Shown: piece after piece, positions 22,577 to 24,000 of the stretch | How positions within the stretch are numbered: position 1 is the first letter of the stretch | Layout: each line of letters opens with the position of its first letter | Source: an uncultured Solirubrobacteraceae bacterium | GTDB lineage: Bacteria > Actinomycetota > Thermoleophilia > Solirubrobacterales > Solirubrobacteraceae | NCBI GenBank assembly: GCA_964242305.1 | Contig: CAXTBB010000011.1 | Coordinates: 52,935-76,934, forward strand | Reading direction: 5' to 3' | DNA length: 24,000 nt | Notes under the pieces: generated by a model | Seen by the model: only the letters and a program-made list of their open reading frames with translations | Databases searched by the model: none | Told to the model about the DNA's origin: nothing | Translations under genes and position numbers: made by a program

Positions 22577-23736
22577 CCGTCACCGAGGAGACCGTGGACG
22601 CCGACGCCGCTTTCCTGGCCGGCGTTCGCCAGATCGCCGATGACGTCGCCGCGCGGCACGCGCTGGACGTCGACGCGAACGCGCGCTTCCCGGTGGAGAC
22701 GATCGACGCGCTGCGCGAACAGCGCGCGCTCTCCGCCTACCTCGAAGGCGTGTCCTTCGCCGCGCTGGCCCAGGCCTGCTTCGAGCTGGGCCGCCGGTGC
22801 GGCGCCAGCGCGATGGTCTTCGCCATGCACCAGATCCAGGTCGTCTCGATCGCGCGCCACGGCGCGGGGCAGCCGTTCTTCGACGACCACCTGCGCCGCG
22901 TCGCCGACGAGCAGCGCCTGATCGCCTCCGTGACCTCCGAGATGGGGACCGGTGGGGACATGGGCAAGTCCGTCGCGGGCCTCGAGCCGGCTGGGGACGG
23001 GATGCTGCGCTTCGTCAAGCAGGCTCCGACCGTCTCCTACGGCGCCTACGCGGACGATCTGCTGGTCACCGTCCGCCGCACCGCCGAGTCCGAGCCCTCC
23101 GACCAGGTCGCCGTGCTCACCCGGACCGACCAGCACCAGCTCGAGCCGCAGGGCACCTGGGACCCATTCGGGATGCGTGGCACCTGCTCTCCGGGCTTCG
23201 TCGTCGGCGCCACCGTCTCCCCCGACCAGGTCATCGCCGTCCCCTTCTCGACCATCGCACCGGAGTCGATGGTGCCCGTCTCGCACGTGCTGTGGTCGCA
23301 TCTCTGGCTCGGCATCGCCACGGAGGCCTTCGACCGGGCCCGCGCCTTCGTCAAGGTCGCGGCCAAGCGCGCGCCCGGCGCGCCGCCGCCGAGCGCGGCG
23401 AAGCTCTCGCAGGTCATGAGCGAACTGGCGATGCTCCGTGCGGAGGTGTGCATGGGTCTCAACGACTACTGCTCCCACATGGATGACGACCGCGAGTGGC
23501 TGTCGACCATGAGCGCGATCCTGCGCTTCAACAACCTCAAGATCGCGGCCTCGGACGCGGCGCCGCGGATCTGCCAGGGCGCCATGGGCGTGACCGGGAT
23601 CGTGGGCTTCAAGAACGACACCCCGTTTGCGGTCGGCCGGCATCTGCGCGACTCGATGTCGGCCTGCCTGATGGTCGCTAACGAGCGCATCCACCAGACC
23701 AACGCCAGCCTGCTCCTCATCGCCAAAGAGGTCTGA
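22573..23736 (+). CDS. acyl-CoA dehydrogenase-fold flavoprotein
   Basis: 387 aa with ACAD-like organisation: an N-terminal helical domain (ARFPVETIDALREQRAL), a middle beta domain (IASVTSEMGTGGDMGKS...WDPFGMRGTCSPGFVV) and a C-terminal helical domain (...PFAVGRHLRDSMSACLMVANERIHQTNASLLLIA). GTGA overlap with the ACP stop. Confidence 0.85.
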   Translation: MTVTEETVDADAAFLAGVRQIADDVAARHALDVDANARFPVETIDALREQRALSAYLEGVSFAALAQACFELGRRCGASAMVFAMHQIQVVSIARHGAGQPFFDDHLRRVADEQRLIASVTSEMGTGGDMGKSVAGLEPAGDGMLRFVKQAPTVSYGAYADDLLVTVRRTAESEPSDQVAVLTRTDQHQLEPQGTWDPFGMRGTCSPGFVVGATVSPDQVIAVPFSTIAPESMVPVSHVLWSHLWLGIATEAFDRARAFVKVAAKRAPGAPPPSAAKLSQVMSELAMLRAEVCMGLNDYCSHMDDDREWLSTMSAILRFNNLKIAASDAAPRICQGAMGVTGIVGFKNDTPFAVGRHLRDSMSACLMVANERIHQTNASLLLIAKEV

Positions 23737-24000
23737 TGGCCGAGGTGCGCGTTGGGACCCCCGAGGAGACGGCCTTCCTCGAGCAGCTGCTGGCGGCCGG
23801 GCTGCTGATCGACTCCGGCGTCCCCGGCGTGTACGGGCGTGGATCGGCGTTCGAGGAGGTCCGCGAGGCCGTCGACGAGCTGATCACGCGCACGGGTGGC
23901 GACGACGGCGCGGAGCGTCTGCGCTTCCCGCCCGTGCTCCCCAAGCGCAACCTCGAGTCGACGGGCTACCTGAAGTCGTTTCCGCACCTCGGCGCGTCGG
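23736..24000 (+). CDS. amino acid--[acyl-carrier-protein] ligase (SerRS-like class II aaRS homologue), 3'-partial
   Basis: Not in the ORF track, because it has no stop within the window. ATG 23736 overlaps the ACAD TGA by 1 nt. Hand translation: MAEVRVGTPEETAFLEQLLAAGLLIDSGVPGVYGRGSAFEEVREAVDELITRTGGDDGAERLRFPPVLPKRNLESTGYLKSFPHLGAS. The frame stays open to 24000 with high GC3. The pattern resembles the N-terminus of carrier-protein-aminoacylating SerRS homologues. The assignment is from memory, not from a search. Confidence 0.65.
   Translation, partial: MAEVRVGTPEETAFLEQLLAAGLLIDSGVPGVYGRGSAFEEVREAVDELITRTGGDDGAERLRFPPVLPKRNLESTGYLKSFPHLGAS

Noticed and set aside
22408-23694. 428-aa minus-strand ORF opposite the ACAD gene
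   Set aside because: It is antisense to an ORF with clear ACAD-fold sequence, and no motif was recognised. High-G+C artefact.

Overview
Very high-G+C window (about 70% or more by eye, not computed), with Actinomycetota-like gene content, many ATGA/GTGA start-stop overlaps and apparently leaderless starts. Many long ORFs in the supplied track are antisense or out-of-frame artefacts of the G+C content. I count 24 protein-coding genes plus one tRNA. (1) 1-3388: a heterodimeric ABC exporter pair with one degenerate ATP site. (2) 3393-3464: tRNA-Gln(CUG) on the minus strand. (3) 3506-8834, minus strand: a tightly coupled five-gene unit of APC-family permease with C-terminal USP domain, a 78-aa two-TM peptide, a second APC-USP permease, a TrkA-N-only protein and a TrkA-N/TrkA-C protein. 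No TrkH/KtrB-type pore gene is present. (4) 8870-21818: a surface-glycan assembly locus of about 13 kb in four alternating transcription units. It holds an AT3 acyltransferase, one GT2, three GT4, two SAM methyltransferases, a Wzy_C/O-antigen-ligase-like protein, a Wzx-like flippase, two tandem secreted beta-helix paralogues and a truncated, catalytically degenerate phosphoglycosyl transferase. (5) 21909-24000: acpS, a carrier protein, an ACAD-fold flavoenzyme and the 5' part of a SerRS-like amino acid:[carrier protein] ligase. That last ORF is absent from the ORF track because it runs off the window. The most interesting candidates are the aa:CP-ligase cassette abutting the glycan locus and the APC-USP/TrkA operon, which may supply a missing membrane partner for TrkA. 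No CRISPR array, transposase, integrase or rRNA was seen.
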